This document shows positions 9,079 through 17,948 of a DNA stretch of 64,000 nucleotides, one piece after another (the stretch's first letter is position 1; the number at the start of each line of letters is the position of its first letter). Made by a program: the position numbers and the translations under genes. Location: assembly GCA_031425255.1 (NCBI GenBank), contig JANPIY010000208.1, positions 6,955-70,954 of the forward strand. Direction: 5' to 3'. The notes beneath the pieces were generated by a model that did no database searches, was not told where the DNA came from, and saw only the letters and a program-made list of their open reading frames with translations. The stretch is from Planctomycetota bacterium. GTDB lineage: Bacteria > Planctomycetota > UBA11346.

Positions 9079-10031
9079 GTCTTGGCCTCGAACAACGCCA
9101 AGGCCTGCATGCAGCGATGGAAATGATCCTCGCCATTGGCGATGGCGATGGTGCTGCCAGGCAGGCGAAGGCCGTAACGCTGACCCAGGTGTTCGGCCGA
9201 CATGATCCGCCCGGCCAGCACCGAGAGGTGGATCTCGACCTCGCTGATGCGATCATCCTCCCAGGTGATCCAGCGGTCGCGCACGCCACCGACGGTGTAA
9301 TCCTTAATCATCATCGGGCGCCCGCGGGCCACCGCCCGCCAATCGATGCGGCGGTGCGGCTCACCGGTCTGATAGGGTCGATGGCCATGGAAATCACCGG
9401 TGGTGCCGCTGCGCGCGCCGACGCTCTGGTCATCACCATCGCCATCCGCCTCACGCCCGCCGGCGAGTGGTGCCGGATACACCACCCACGACCACGACGC
9501 CGGCACCTCGATCATCACCGTGAGAAGTCCCAGGGGGTACATGCTGGCCAGGCGCACCCGCCCCAAGGCGTGCACCCCACGGCGCCGCCCTGGGAGGACC
9601 ATCTCGACCGTGGCCGGCCGGCCAGCCGGGAGGTGGACCACAGGCACGCCGTCATCCTCAGCCACATCCGGTGCATCGATCACCAGCGCCCAGCGGTCGC
9701 GATGCCCGCCATCGAGCACCACCAGCGCGCGCAGGGGTTCACCGGCGAAGACGGGGAAGGTACGCCCGGGAGTGATGCGGATGTCACGGAGATTGCGCCA
9801 GGCATGCAGTACCGACACCACCGCGGTCGATATCACCACGGCGAGCACCAGGTATGCGGCGTTGCTGCGGTAGTTCACCGCCCCCAGCAGCACGAAGGTC
9901 ATGACCAGGAGGAGGTAGAAGGTGGCATTGGTTGGGCGGACCGAGCGCCGAACGCGTGCGCGGTGCGCGGTGCGAAGTGCGGGGCTGTCGACCAACGAAG
10001 GCCCGGACGGCGTCCCTTCGGCTACCGGCAT
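9075..10031 (-). CDS. DUF58 domain protein (vWA-like partner of MoxR)
   Basis: 'GDFHGHRPYQTGEPHRRIDWRAVARGRPMMIKDY' is the typical DUF58 signature. Two N-terminal TM helices. Start set to the ATG at 10031; the ORF-track start at 10082 lies inside a heptamer repeat. Confidence 0.85.
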   Translation of the reverse strand: MPVAEGTPSGPSLVDSPALRTAHRARVRRSVRPTNATFYLLLVMTFVLLGAVNYRSNAAYLVLAVVISTAVVSVLHAWRNLRDIRITPGRTFPVFAGEPLRALVVLDGGHRDRWALVIDAPDVAEDDGVPVVHLPAGRPATVEMVLPGRRRGVHALGRVRLASMYPLGLLTVMIEVPASWSWVVYPAPLAGGREADGDGDDQSVGARSGTTGDFHGHRPYQTGEPHRRIDWRAVARGRPMMIKDYTVGGVRDRWITWEDDRISEVEIHLSVLAGRIMSAEHLGQRYGLRLPGSTIAIANGEDHFHRCMQALALFEAKT

Positions 10032-10074
10032 GATGACGGCGGGATCAGCCACGTGGCGCCCACGTCCAGCACGA

Positions 10075-10102
10075 CCTCGCACCTCGCACGTCGCACCTCG
10101 TA
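10075..10102. repeat. tandem heptamer array, family 2 (CCTCGCA x4; minus strand TGCGAGG)
   Basis: CCTCGCA CCTCGCA CGTCGCA CCTCGTA read directly, between the moxR stop (10110) and the DUF58 start. No inverted partner seen. Confidence 0.8.
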
Positions 10103-10109
10103 CCTTTCC

Positions 10110-11024
10110 TCACGGCACCGCCACTGCCCGGATCACCGCGTCCGCCAACGAACGCCCATCGCCCTGATGGGCCTCGGCGCCGCGCAGACGATGCGCCATG
10201 ACGCTGGGTGCCACCGCCTGGACGTCTTCGGGGATCACCAGGTCACGTCCCGCCATCAACGCCCAGGCCTGCGCCGCACGGCGCAGCGCGAGGCCGGCAC
10301 GTGGCGACAGGCCATGCCCAGGTGACGCCTCGCTACGGGTATAGGTCAGCAGGTCGAGGAGGTAGTCGGTGAGCGCCGGAGCGACATGGATGCGCGTGAC
10401 CTGGGCCTGCAACGCGACCAGCTGCTCGATGGTCATGTGCGGTTGCAACTGGTCGAGCAGGCCACGCCGGTCCGGGCCGCTGAGCATCGCCCGTTCCGCT
10501 TCTCGGTCGGGGTAGCCCAGATCGAGCCGCATGAGGAAACGATCGAGTTGCGATTCCGGCAATGGGAAGGTGCCGATCTGGTGCTGGGGATTCTGCGTCG
10601 CGATGACGAAGAACGGCTCCGGCAGGGGATGGCGTTCGCCATCGACGGTGACCTGGCGTTCCTCCATGGCCTCCAGCAGCGCGCTCTGGGTCTTGGGGCT
10701 GGCGCGATTGATCTCATCCGCCAATACCACCTGGGCGAAGATCGCTCCCGCATGGAAGACGAAACGTTGCTTGTCGCGATCGAAGATCGCATTGCCGAGG
10801 ATGTCCGCGGGCAGCAGGTCGCTGGTGAACTGCACGCGTTTGAGCTGCAGGCCCAGCAACCGGGCAAGGCCATTGGCCAGCGTCGTCTTGCCGACCCCAG
10901 GGATGTCCTCGATCAGCAGGTGGCCACGCGCCAGCAGGCAGCAGACCGCCAAGCGTACCGTGCGCTCCTTCCCCAGGATCACCTGGTGAAGCTGGGAGAG
11001 GACGAGCGAGATGGGATCGTGCAT
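10110..11024 (-). CDS. MoxR-family AAA+ ATPase
   Basis: Walker A IPGVGKTTLA, Walker B VVLADEINRASPKTQSALLEAMEERQVTV, sensor region FFVIATQNP. Start trimmed to the ATG at 11024 (MHDPISLV). Confidence 0.93.
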   Translation of the reverse strand: MHDPISLVLSQLHQVILGKERTVRLAVCCLLARGHLLIEDIPGVGKTTLANGLARLLGLQLKRVQFTSDLLPADILGNAIFDRDKQRFVFHAGAIFAQVVLADEINRASPKTQSALLEAMEERQVTVDGERHPLPEPFFVIATQNPQHQIGTFPLPESQLDRFLMRLDLGYPDREAERAMLSGPDRRGLLDQLQPHMTIEQLVALQAQVTRIHVAPALTDYLLDLLTYTRSEASPGHGLSPRAGLALRRAAQAWALMAGRDLVIPEDVQAVAPSVMAHRLRGAEAHQGDGRSLADAVIRAVAVP

Positions 11025-11186
11025 GCGCAACCTGGCCACGGGGAGGAATCGTGCTGAGCCTGTGGGTGGGTGCTGCGACGGCAAGGTGTACGGAAGCGTG
11101 TTCGGACGCGGTGACCCGGCGCTCCGTTGGATGGGACAGGGGATCAACCAGCGATCCTCTGTCGGCTGCCGTGATGGTCCCCGCTG

Positions 11187-11708
11187 CTATTTCGGCGCGT
11201 CGTGCCAGCAGCCACCCTGGCGAGGGATCATTACCCTGGGCGCATCGGCCAGGTCCCGTGCGGTGGCGACCACGATGCCGAGATCCTCTGACGGCGGGTC
11301 GACCCCCTCGACCAGGATGACTCCGGCGCAGCCCGCCTGCGCCGCCGCATAGGCATCGACGCTTTCCGTACCGATCAACCAGCTGCTCGGGAGATCGAGT
11401 TCGAGTTCACGTGCCGCCGCCAGCAACATCCCTGGCCGGGGTTTGCGCCAGGATGCCGGGCGGTCGGGCAATGCCGCGTACACTCCTGCGAGTTCGCCAC
11501 CCACCTCGACGATGGCCTTTTTCAGCCGTTCGGCGAAATCGGGAAACTCGTCCGCCTCCACCGGGGCCCGATCGGTCACCGCCACCACCGGCACCCCGCG
11601 CTGACGCAGCCTTCGCAACGCGATGCCGACATTCGGCAGCAGGAGGTCCGGTGCCCAGGCGGCGATCAGGACGCCAGGGATCTCGACGAACAATGCGGTG
11701 CGGGGCAT
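11187..11708 (-). CDS. HAD-IIIA (GmhB/histidinol-phosphatase-like) family protein with degenerate catalytic motifs
   Basis: 'WRKPRPGMLL' matches the GmhB-type motif III region. Motif I reads FVEIPGV instead of DxDGT/V, and motif IV reads GTESVD. Confidence 0.6.
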   Translation of the reverse strand: MPRTALFVEIPGVLIAAWAPDLLLPNVGIALRRLRQRGVPVVAVTDRAPVEADEFPDFAERLKKAIVEVGGELAGVYAALPDRPASWRKPRPGMLLAAARELELDLPSSWLIGTESVDAYAAAQAGCAGVILVEGVDPPSEDLGIVVATARDLADAPRVMIPRQGGCWHDAPK

Positions 11709-11749
11709 GACGCGGGAGTGTTGGCCCCGTCCGGATCATGAAAAGCACG

Positions 11750-11775
11750 GACCCGGCCGGGATCCCGGCCGGGTC
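11750..11775 (-). terminator. perfect 26-nt palindrome, candidate intrinsic terminator of the DUF1800-DUF1501 operon
   Basis: GACCCGGCCGGGATCCCGGCCGGGTC. On the minus strand it is followed by CGTGCTTTTC. It lies 88 nt downstream of the DUF1501 stop. Confidence 0.55.
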
Positions 11776-11862
11776 GAGTGGACGCATCGGACCACTGAGG
11801 CCGCAGGTGGCAGAGCCGTCTCTTCGGCGTGCTTGGCGGACCCGGTCTCGCGGGCTCTCCCA

Positions 11863-13113
11863 TCAGACGTTGATCAAGCCCTGGAGCGCCTGGATCTTCT
11901 TGTCCGACAAGAATGGACGCTGATAGCCGAACCACTGCTGCGCCACCGCGGCGTAGAGCGAGCGGTAATCGGTGGTGTAAGCGAGGTCCCCGTAGTCGAG
12001 CTGGGTCAGGCTCACCGGCTTGCCGTGGTGACCGCCTTTGACCTTGCCGCCCATGACGAAGTGGGGCGCGGCGGTGCCATGGTCGGTACCACCGGAATCG
12101 TTCTCAGAGGCGGTCCGGCCAAACTCGCTGTACGTCATCACCAGGGTGCGTTCCCAGGCGCCGGGCACGCTCTTCAAGCCCTCGCGGAAAGAGGCCATCG
12201 CCTGGCCGAGGTTGGCCAGCAGATTCTGCTGCGCGTACTTTTGGCCGGCGTGGGTGTCGAAACCGCCGATGGTCACCTTGTAGAAGGGACAGAGCGCGCC
12301 GCCGGCGATCAAGCGCGCGGCGACCTTCATGTGACCTCCGAGACCACCTGGGAATTGCCCAGCGAGGTTGGGCGATTTGCGCCACAACGACTCCATCCGG
12401 TCGGCGGTGCCGTTGACGTCGGCCTGGACCTTGAGCACATGCGCGATTGCCGGATTGCCGCTGCCCTCGCCCGGTTTGGGAATGCGTTTGGCGCGGCGGA
12501 CGAAGTCTTCGGGACCGTCCATGGTGATCGTGCGCAGGCCATTGGCGAACATCGGGCCGGCACCGCCATAGGCCACGCTGTCGGCATAGCCGAGCATGAT
12601 GCCGTCTGCGAGGCAGTCGGAGGGCGCTCCGCCGCGCGCCTGCGCGACGATGCGGCCGAGCCAGCCATCACGGGTCATCTCGTCGAACTTGGTCCCACCA
12701 TTCCAGATGTCGATGCCACGGAAATGCGAACGGTTGGGATTGGGATATCCCAGGCCGTGGACGATGGCGAGGTCGCCGTCCCTCCACGCGGTCTCCAACG
12801 GCTTGAGCGCCGGGTGCAGTCCGAACTTCTGATCGAGCTTGACCACCTCGGCCTCGGGGATGCCGATGCTCTTGCGCAGCTTGTAATATTCCGGGTCGCT
12901 GAAAGGCACCAAGGTGTTGAGGCCGTCATTGCCGCCACGCAGTTCGATCAGCACCAGGGTGCGATCATAGTTGAGCGTGGCGGGGGCGTCCTTGTCCACC
13001 TTGGGATCCGCGGCGCCCAGGGATGACGACCATAAGCCGGGAGCGAACAGGCCGGCGACCGAGACGCCGCCGAGCTTGAGGAGTTCACGACGGTGCAGGC
13101 TATCGAACAGCAT
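11863..13113 (-). CDS. DUF1501 domain protein (sulfatase-fold, Tat signal)
   Basis: N-terminus RRELLKLGGVSVAGL; LRGGNDGLN, NRSHF, GGFDTHAGQ, EFGRT...GTDHG motifs. Confidence 0.9.
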   Translation of the reverse strand: MLFDSLHRRELLKLGGVSVAGLFAPGLWSSSLGAADPKVDKDAPATLNYDRTLVLIELRGGNDGLNTLVPFSDPEYYKLRKSIGIPEAEVVKLDQKFGLHPALKPLETAWRDGDLAIVHGLGYPNPNRSHFRGIDIWNGGTKFDEMTRDGWLGRIVAQARGGAPSDCLADGIMLGYADSVAYGGAGPMFANGLRTITMDGPEDFVRRAKRIPKPGEGSGNPAIAHVLKVQADVNGTADRMESLWRKSPNLAGQFPGGLGGHMKVAARLIAGGALCPFYKVTIGGFDTHAGQKYAQQNLLANLGQAMASFREGLKSVPGAWERTLVMTYSEFGRTASENDSGGTDHGTAAPHFVMGGKVKGGHHGKPVSLTQLDYGDLAYTTDYRSLYAAVAQQWFGYQRPFLSDKKIQALQGLINV

Positions 13114-13136
13114 GGCAGTCCTTTCGAGGATCCGGC

Positions 13137-14717
13137 TTATTTGAGGTTGTAGGTGGGGTCGTGCAGGATGACGCGCAAGGCCTCATCGAAGCTCGTCTGC
13201 GGAATGGCATCGAGCGGCTTGGTCGGCAACAGGACGGAGACCGCCAGGGCGATGCCGTCCGCCCCCTTGGTCTTGGCCTCCGGGATCCACGGCTTGGGCA
13301 CCAGCGGGAAGCTGATGGTGTCGCTGGCGGACGCGACCTTCACGTCCTCCTTTTTACCGGGCTTGGTCTTGGTTTCCGTTTTGATCTCGGGCTTCGCGTC
13401 GGGCTTGGCTTCCGGTGCTTTTGGCATCATCGCCTCGCCCCCGCTCATGGTGCCCATGGAGCCGGTGATGGCCTTGCCGGCGCCGACCTTGCCACGGGTG
13501 AAATCTTCGACCACTTCCCAGCGCGAGAGCAGGCTCTCGCTGCTGATCCAGGCGGTGGAACCCTTCCAGCCCTTCACGTTCGGCGGATCGAAGATGTCCT
13601 GGCCGAGTTTGGCCGACAGCTGCACGTAACCGCGCGGGTTGTCATAAGGCAGCTGGAGTGCGCGTGCGGCACCCACCAGCAGTTCCGTTGGTGATTTGAA
13701 CAAGGTGCCGCGATTGGCGGCATCCCAGAAGCGCTCGTGCAGGAATACGCCTTTGAGCAGTTTCTTGATGTCGTACTTGGATTTATAAAAGCTTCCGGCG
13801 AGCTTGTAGACCGCCTTCTCGTCGACCTCGTCGGCGACGAATTCCTTCCAGACCTTCTCGGCGATGTAGAGCGCCACCCGCTCCTCGCTCTTGAGCAGCA
13901 CGATCACCACGTCGTCGCCGGTAAAGGTCCCGCGGTGGCCCATGATGGTCTTCCAGCCGTGATCGTGCACGCCTTCCTGGCGTACTGCGCGTCCGGTGCT
14001 GTTGTCGATCTTGTAGCCGGTGAAGGCGCGGGCGGCCTCTTTGATGTCCTGCTCGCTGTATTTGCCTTCACCCAGGGTGAACAGTTCCATCACCTCGCGG
14101 GCATAGTTCTCGTTCGGCCGTCCAGCGACGTTGGAGTTCGAGTCGAGGTAGTAGAACATCGCCGGGTCGGTGTTGATGTCGCGCATCAAGAAGGCGAAGT
14201 TGTCGAGAGCACCTCGGCGCAAGGTGACGTTCTGCTCGAACATCAGGCGCGGATCCTCGATCGTCCGCAGCGATGAGGTGAAGTGGTTCGACCAGAACAT
14301 CGTCATGCGTTCGGTCAGCGGACTGTCGGTGGTGATCATCTCGGTCATCCACCAGTCCTTGAGCTCCCGGCCCTTCTCCTCGCGCAGGCCGCGGAAGTAG
14401 TTGCCCTTGTCCATGCGCTCCTTCTCGCTGCCGAGCTTCTTGACCTCCTCCTCCTCCTGGTTGCGTTTGGCGTTCCACTGCGGGATCGAATCCTTGGCCC
14501 AGCCCGGCACCTCGGTGCGGGCGACGCCACGGGTGCTGGCGAGCAGCTGGTCGACGGCCTGCTCGCGACTCAATGGTTCCAGGGCTGCGATCTCGGCCGG
14601 GGTCGGGCTGTAACCGGTGCGCAGGAGCAGGTGGCGGGCTTCGTCCCGATCGAGGGCCGCCAGCGAGCCGGCGAAAGCGACCAGGGTTGCGACGATGGAG
14701 GCAGGAAAGCTGCGCAT
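13137..14717 (-). CDS. DUF1800 domain protein
   Basis: FWSNHFTSS and ELFTLGEGKYSEQDIKEAARAFTGY motifs. ATG at 14717 has an AAAGG SD-like sequence upstream. The GTG at 14732 is the alternative start. Confidence 0.88.
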   Translation of the reverse strand: MRSFPASIVATLVAFAGSLAALDRDEARHLLLRTGYSPTPAEIAALEPLSREQAVDQLLASTRGVARTEVPGWAKDSIPQWNAKRNQEEEEVKKLGSEKERMDKGNYFRGLREEKGRELKDWWMTEMITTDSPLTERMTMFWSNHFTSSLRTIEDPRLMFEQNVTLRRGALDNFAFLMRDINTDPAMFYYLDSNSNVAGRPNENYAREVMELFTLGEGKYSEQDIKEAARAFTGYKIDNSTGRAVRQEGVHDHGWKTIMGHRGTFTGDDVVIVLLKSEERVALYIAEKVWKEFVADEVDEKAVYKLAGSFYKSKYDIKKLLKGVFLHERFWDAANRGTLFKSPTELLVGAARALQLPYDNPRGYVQLSAKLGQDIFDPPNVKGWKGSTAWISSESLLSRWEVVEDFTRGKVGAGKAITGSMGTMSGGEAMMPKAPEAKPDAKPEIKTETKTKPGKKEDVKVASASDTISFPLVPKPWIPEAKTKGADGIALAVSVLLPTKPLDAIPQTSFDEALRVILHDPTYNLK

Positions 14718-14925
14718 GGGATTACCTTTCACGACGGGTCAGGACAGGCTGGGCAGAAGTGGTCTGCGCGAGAAGATGATCGTTCTGAGCAACGAATGGC
14801 GCGAGTGTGGTTCGACATGTCATCGGGTTCCTAACAGTCACTGCGGCACCTCAGGTGGATGTGATACACAAGACGTGGTACCAAATCCTGTTGAGGCGAC
14901 TTTTTGCAATTGTGAGCGGCTGAGC

Positions 14926-14948
14926 CACCAGCGGTCAAACCGCTGGTG
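14926..14948 (-). terminator. hairpin downstream of the glycosyltransferase gene (weak terminator candidate)
   Basis: CACCAGCGG-TCAAA-CCGCTGGTG is a perfect 9-bp stem, 24 nt after the stop of the minus-strand GT4 gene. No clean U-run follows. Confidence 0.35.
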
Positions 14949-14971
14949 TCGGTGATCTGCGAACGCAGGAA

Positions 14972-16129
14972 CTAGTCGAATCGGCTTTGGAGACGATCGT
15001 ACAAGGATTCCAGCCGCTCCACCAACCGGTTCTGGGAGAAACGATCGCGCATGTCAGCGGCTGCCATCACGCCCATACCGTGGCGCCGGGAATGGTCCCC
15101 TAAGAGCTGGAGGAGGTTTTCAGCAAGACCCGATTCATCGCCTTCAGAACTTAACAAACCGGTCTCACCATGACGTACCGCCTCAGGAATCCCTGCATGC
15201 TTGCTGCCCACCACGGGAATACCCATCGCCAAGGCCTCCATCACCACGGTTGGAAGCCCCTCGGCGTCCCCGTTGGCTGCGGTGATGCTGGGAACCGCAA
15301 CCAGCTGACTGCGAATCAACCACTCCCGCACTTGTACCGGAGTCTGACGACCACAGAAGGTCACCCTGACTTGGTCGTCATAGGCCTGTTGCTCGAGGCT
15401 GCCACGCAGCGGGCCGTCACCGACGATGACCAACTCTGCGCTGGGCATGTGCGTCTGCACCTGCTTCATCGCTCGCAGTAGATGCGCGCACCCTTTTTTC
15501 TCCATCAGCCGACCAATGAACAAGACGCGGGGGTCACTGGTGGGAAGGTCGGGAGTGAATTCATCACAATCGATGCCCAAGGGAATGACCAGTACTTTTG
15601 TCGGTGGACATCCCAGACCGATCAGGCATTCGCGAATGAACTGCGACACCGCGATGATCCCCTCGGCATATGAGAAGAGCTCATGCAACTTCTTGAGGTA
15701 CACTCGTGCCCGCCGTCTGGTCCGCGAACTCCCCATGCGTTCCGGATCGACCACGGTGGCGTCGAAGCCATGGAAGGTCACGACCAGGGGCACCTTCAGT
15801 CGTTTCGCGAGCCCCATGGCCGCGAGACCATCGGGGCCGAAATGGGCGTGGAGGATTTTGGGTTGCCAGGTCGCCAACCGACGGATCCAAGCCGACGGAT
15901 ACCATCCGACACGCCTGGCGATTTGAGAACGAAGTCGCCCCGCGCGCACGGAATCCGCCAACACGCTCGTCGGGACCATTTCGAGATCCGCACCCCCGAC
16001 CACCCGCGAAAGCCCGGCATAAACCGGACGATACCGCAGATAATGACGTACCTGACGCGGGATGAAGGTCTCGGACCAGCCCAGCAGATCGCGACGGAAA
16101 ATCAGAGCCGTTGGCAAGGCCTCAGACAT
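14972..16129 (-). CDS. glycosyltransferase family 4 (GT-B)
   Basis: C-terminal 'EGLPTVVMEALAMGIPVVGSKHAGIPEAVRHGETGLL' is the EX7E-type GT4 motif. Start trimmed to the ATG at 16129. Confidence 0.88.
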   Translation of the reverse strand: MSEALPTALIFRRDLLGWSETFIPRQVRHYLRYRPVYAGLSRVVGGADLEMVPTSVLADSVRAGRLRSQIARRVGWYPSAWIRRLATWQPKILHAHFGPDGLAAMGLAKRLKVPLVVTFHGFDATVVDPERMGSSRTRRRARVYLKKLHELFSYAEGIIAVSQFIRECLIGLGCPPTKVLVIPLGIDCDEFTPDLPTSDPRVLFIGRLMEKKGCAHLLRAMKQVQTHMPSAELVIVGDGPLRGSLEQQAYDDQVRVTFCGRQTPVQVREWLIRSQLVAVPSITAANGDAEGLPTVVMEALAMGIPVVGSKHAGIPEAVRHGETGLLSSEGDESGLAENLLQLLGDHSRRHGMGVMAAADMRDRFSQNRLVERLESLYDRLQSRFD

Positions 16130-16217
16130 GAGAGCCGCCCACCAGGAGGGTGCTGTGCGCAAAGCCGTCGCTGACGGTGAAGGTCTCTTGCCGATCGTGG
16201 TTCTTCCTCTCCACCCT

Positions 16218-17165
16218 CTAATCCGCCTGATCGTTTTTTCGAAACATCGCCAGCATCAGATCGCCTGCGGGTCGGCCTTCCGTCTGCGGTCGGTGTGCCT
16301 GGGCGTGGAGATGACGGATGAATGACACGGGATGCACCATGCCATGCATCAACTGCTTAGTCCGGTTTGCGGTTTTGCTCAGATCGTGGGTCCCCATCCA
16401 ACACGAGATCAGCGCTCGACTGAATACGCCCTTGGTGCGGTTCGTCTGGATGATGGTTTCGCTTGCTCCCAGAGCAGTCCCCAGTTGCCGCATGCTGGAT
16501 TCTTGCCAGCGAGTAAGGTGATGCGGCGGAATATTGAGCGGATCCCAGCGCCCGATTTCATCGTGTTTAGGGGAAAAAGGTGTGGTGAGGATGACCGCGC
16601 CCCCGGGTCTGATCACTGCCATAAGGCTTTTGGCCAAGCGCAGAGGGTCTTCGACGTGTTCCAATACCTGGAAGGCGACAGCGACATCGAAGGCAGCATT
16701 TCCATCCGTCTCCATCGCCTCGACTGATTTCAGCTCGACTTTCAAACCACGTTCCTGCGCCGCGCGGATCGCCCGCGGATTGAAATCCAACCCAGTACCA
16801 TCAATGTCCTTGGCTTTCAGACGCGCAAGGAATTCGCCATTCCCACACCCGACTTCCAGCACCCGCTTGGCTCCAAAACGCTGCACCAGAGCAGATGCCT
16901 CATCCCAATCCCACCGCTGTGCGGGATAGTAACCCGGATGAGCGCTGATGGCGTCGTAGAAGGCGGCATCACCGCCCACCATGGGATGCGCAAATACCAG
17001 TTCGCAATGAAAACAGCGGAGCAGGGTGGTGTCGGCCACCGTCGATGTGGGGGAAAACCTACCCGTTGTCAGTTGCCCGAGCCGACGGGCGGTGACTTCA
17101 CCACTCAGTTGTGCGATCTCACTGGTCGGGGACAGACAGACCGGGCAGGTGGGAGGTTGCGGCAT
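16218..17165 (-). CDS. class I SAM-dependent methyltransferase with N-terminal Zn-ribbon
   Basis: CPVC...CFHC Cys pairs, then SAM motif I 'VLEVGCGNGEFL' and 'VAFQVLEHVEDP'. Confidence 0.85.
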   Translation of the reverse strand: MPQPPTCPVCLSPTSEIAQLSGEVTARRLGQLTTGRFSPTSTVADTTLLRCFHCELVFAHPMVGGDAAFYDAISAHPGYYPAQRWDWDEASALVQRFGAKRVLEVGCGNGEFLARLKAKDIDGTGLDFNPRAIRAAQERGLKVELKSVEAMETDGNAAFDVAVAFQVLEHVEDPLRLAKSLMAVIRPGGAVILTTPFSPKHDEIGRWDPLNIPPHHLTRWQESSMRQLGTALGASETIIQTNRTKGVFSRALISCWMGTHDLSKTANRTKQLMHGMVHPVSFIRHLHAQAHRPQTEGRPAGDLMLAMFRKNDQAD

Positions 17166-17325
17166 GGGATGGCCCAGCTCTAACGTGGCCGAAGCAGCGA
17201 TCCAGTTCGGATCCTTGCCGAACAGGGCAAAATGCCCATGGTTCCAGCCCCCGCTGTGGCGGTGAGCGGGGACGATTCATCCAACCGCCTTGCCACGGCC
17301 CAGCCGTACCACCTCGCCGTAGGCC

Positions 17326-17943
17326 ATGCACACCAACGCCAAACTCGTCTTCTCCCACCTGGTTCCGAAGTACCTGCGCGATGGGATGCGCATCCTCGAA
17401 ATCGGTCCCGATGGCTTCCCATCGACGTACCAGGGCTTGATCCCGAACCAGGACATCACATGGCATACGCTCGATATCTTCGCCAATGAGCGTCTCACCT
17501 ATCCACTAAGCGATCCGTACCGCTTCTCGATCCCGGACGACTCTTACGACATGGTCCTGGCCGGTAATGTCATCGAGCACGTTCCTGAAATCTGGCGTTG
17601 GCTGCCCGAATTGGCGCGTGTGGTGCGACCCGGGGGGTACGTGATCATCGGCGTACCTATCAGTTGGCCCTACCATGAGGCTCCCGTGGACTGCTGGCGC
17701 ATCTACCCGGAGGGGATGAAAGCGCTTTATACGTTTGCTGGACTCACCGTCCTGGAATCATACTGGGGTTCGCTCGAGATGCCGGGTTGTCGACGGAAGA
17801 TCCCCGGTCGTTCGCCGGAGCGGAAAAAAGCGTACAAGCGTAGCATCAATGCCGTCCTGGGGTGGTTAGGCATGCGCATCGAATGCGCCTACGACGCTGT
17901 GACCATTGGTCAGAAAAAACCAGCCGCCCCCCTCCCGGAGTGA
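17326..17943 (+). CDS. class I SAM-dependent methyltransferase (Methyltransf_11-like)
   Basis: 'ILEIGPDG', 'DMVLAGNVIEHVPE', 'LARVVRPGGYVII'. Lower GC3 than the rest of the window. Confidence 0.8.
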   Translation: MHTNAKLVFSHLVPKYLRDGMRILEIGPDGFPSTYQGLIPNQDITWHTLDIFANERLTYPLSDPYRFSIPDDSYDMVLAGNVIEHVPEIWRWLPELARVVRPGGYVIIGVPISWPYHEAPVDCWRIYPEGMKALYTFAGLTVLESYWGSLEMPGCRRKIPGRSPERKKAYKRSINAVLGWLGMRIECAYDAVTIGQKKPAAPLPE

Positions 17944-17948
17944 GCTCT

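Noticed and set aside
14908-14919. AATTGTGAGCGG, a 12-nt match to the left half of the E. coli lac operator
   Set aside because: The right half-site is missing (GCTGAGCCACC follows) and no LacI-family gene is adjacent. Most likely coincidence.
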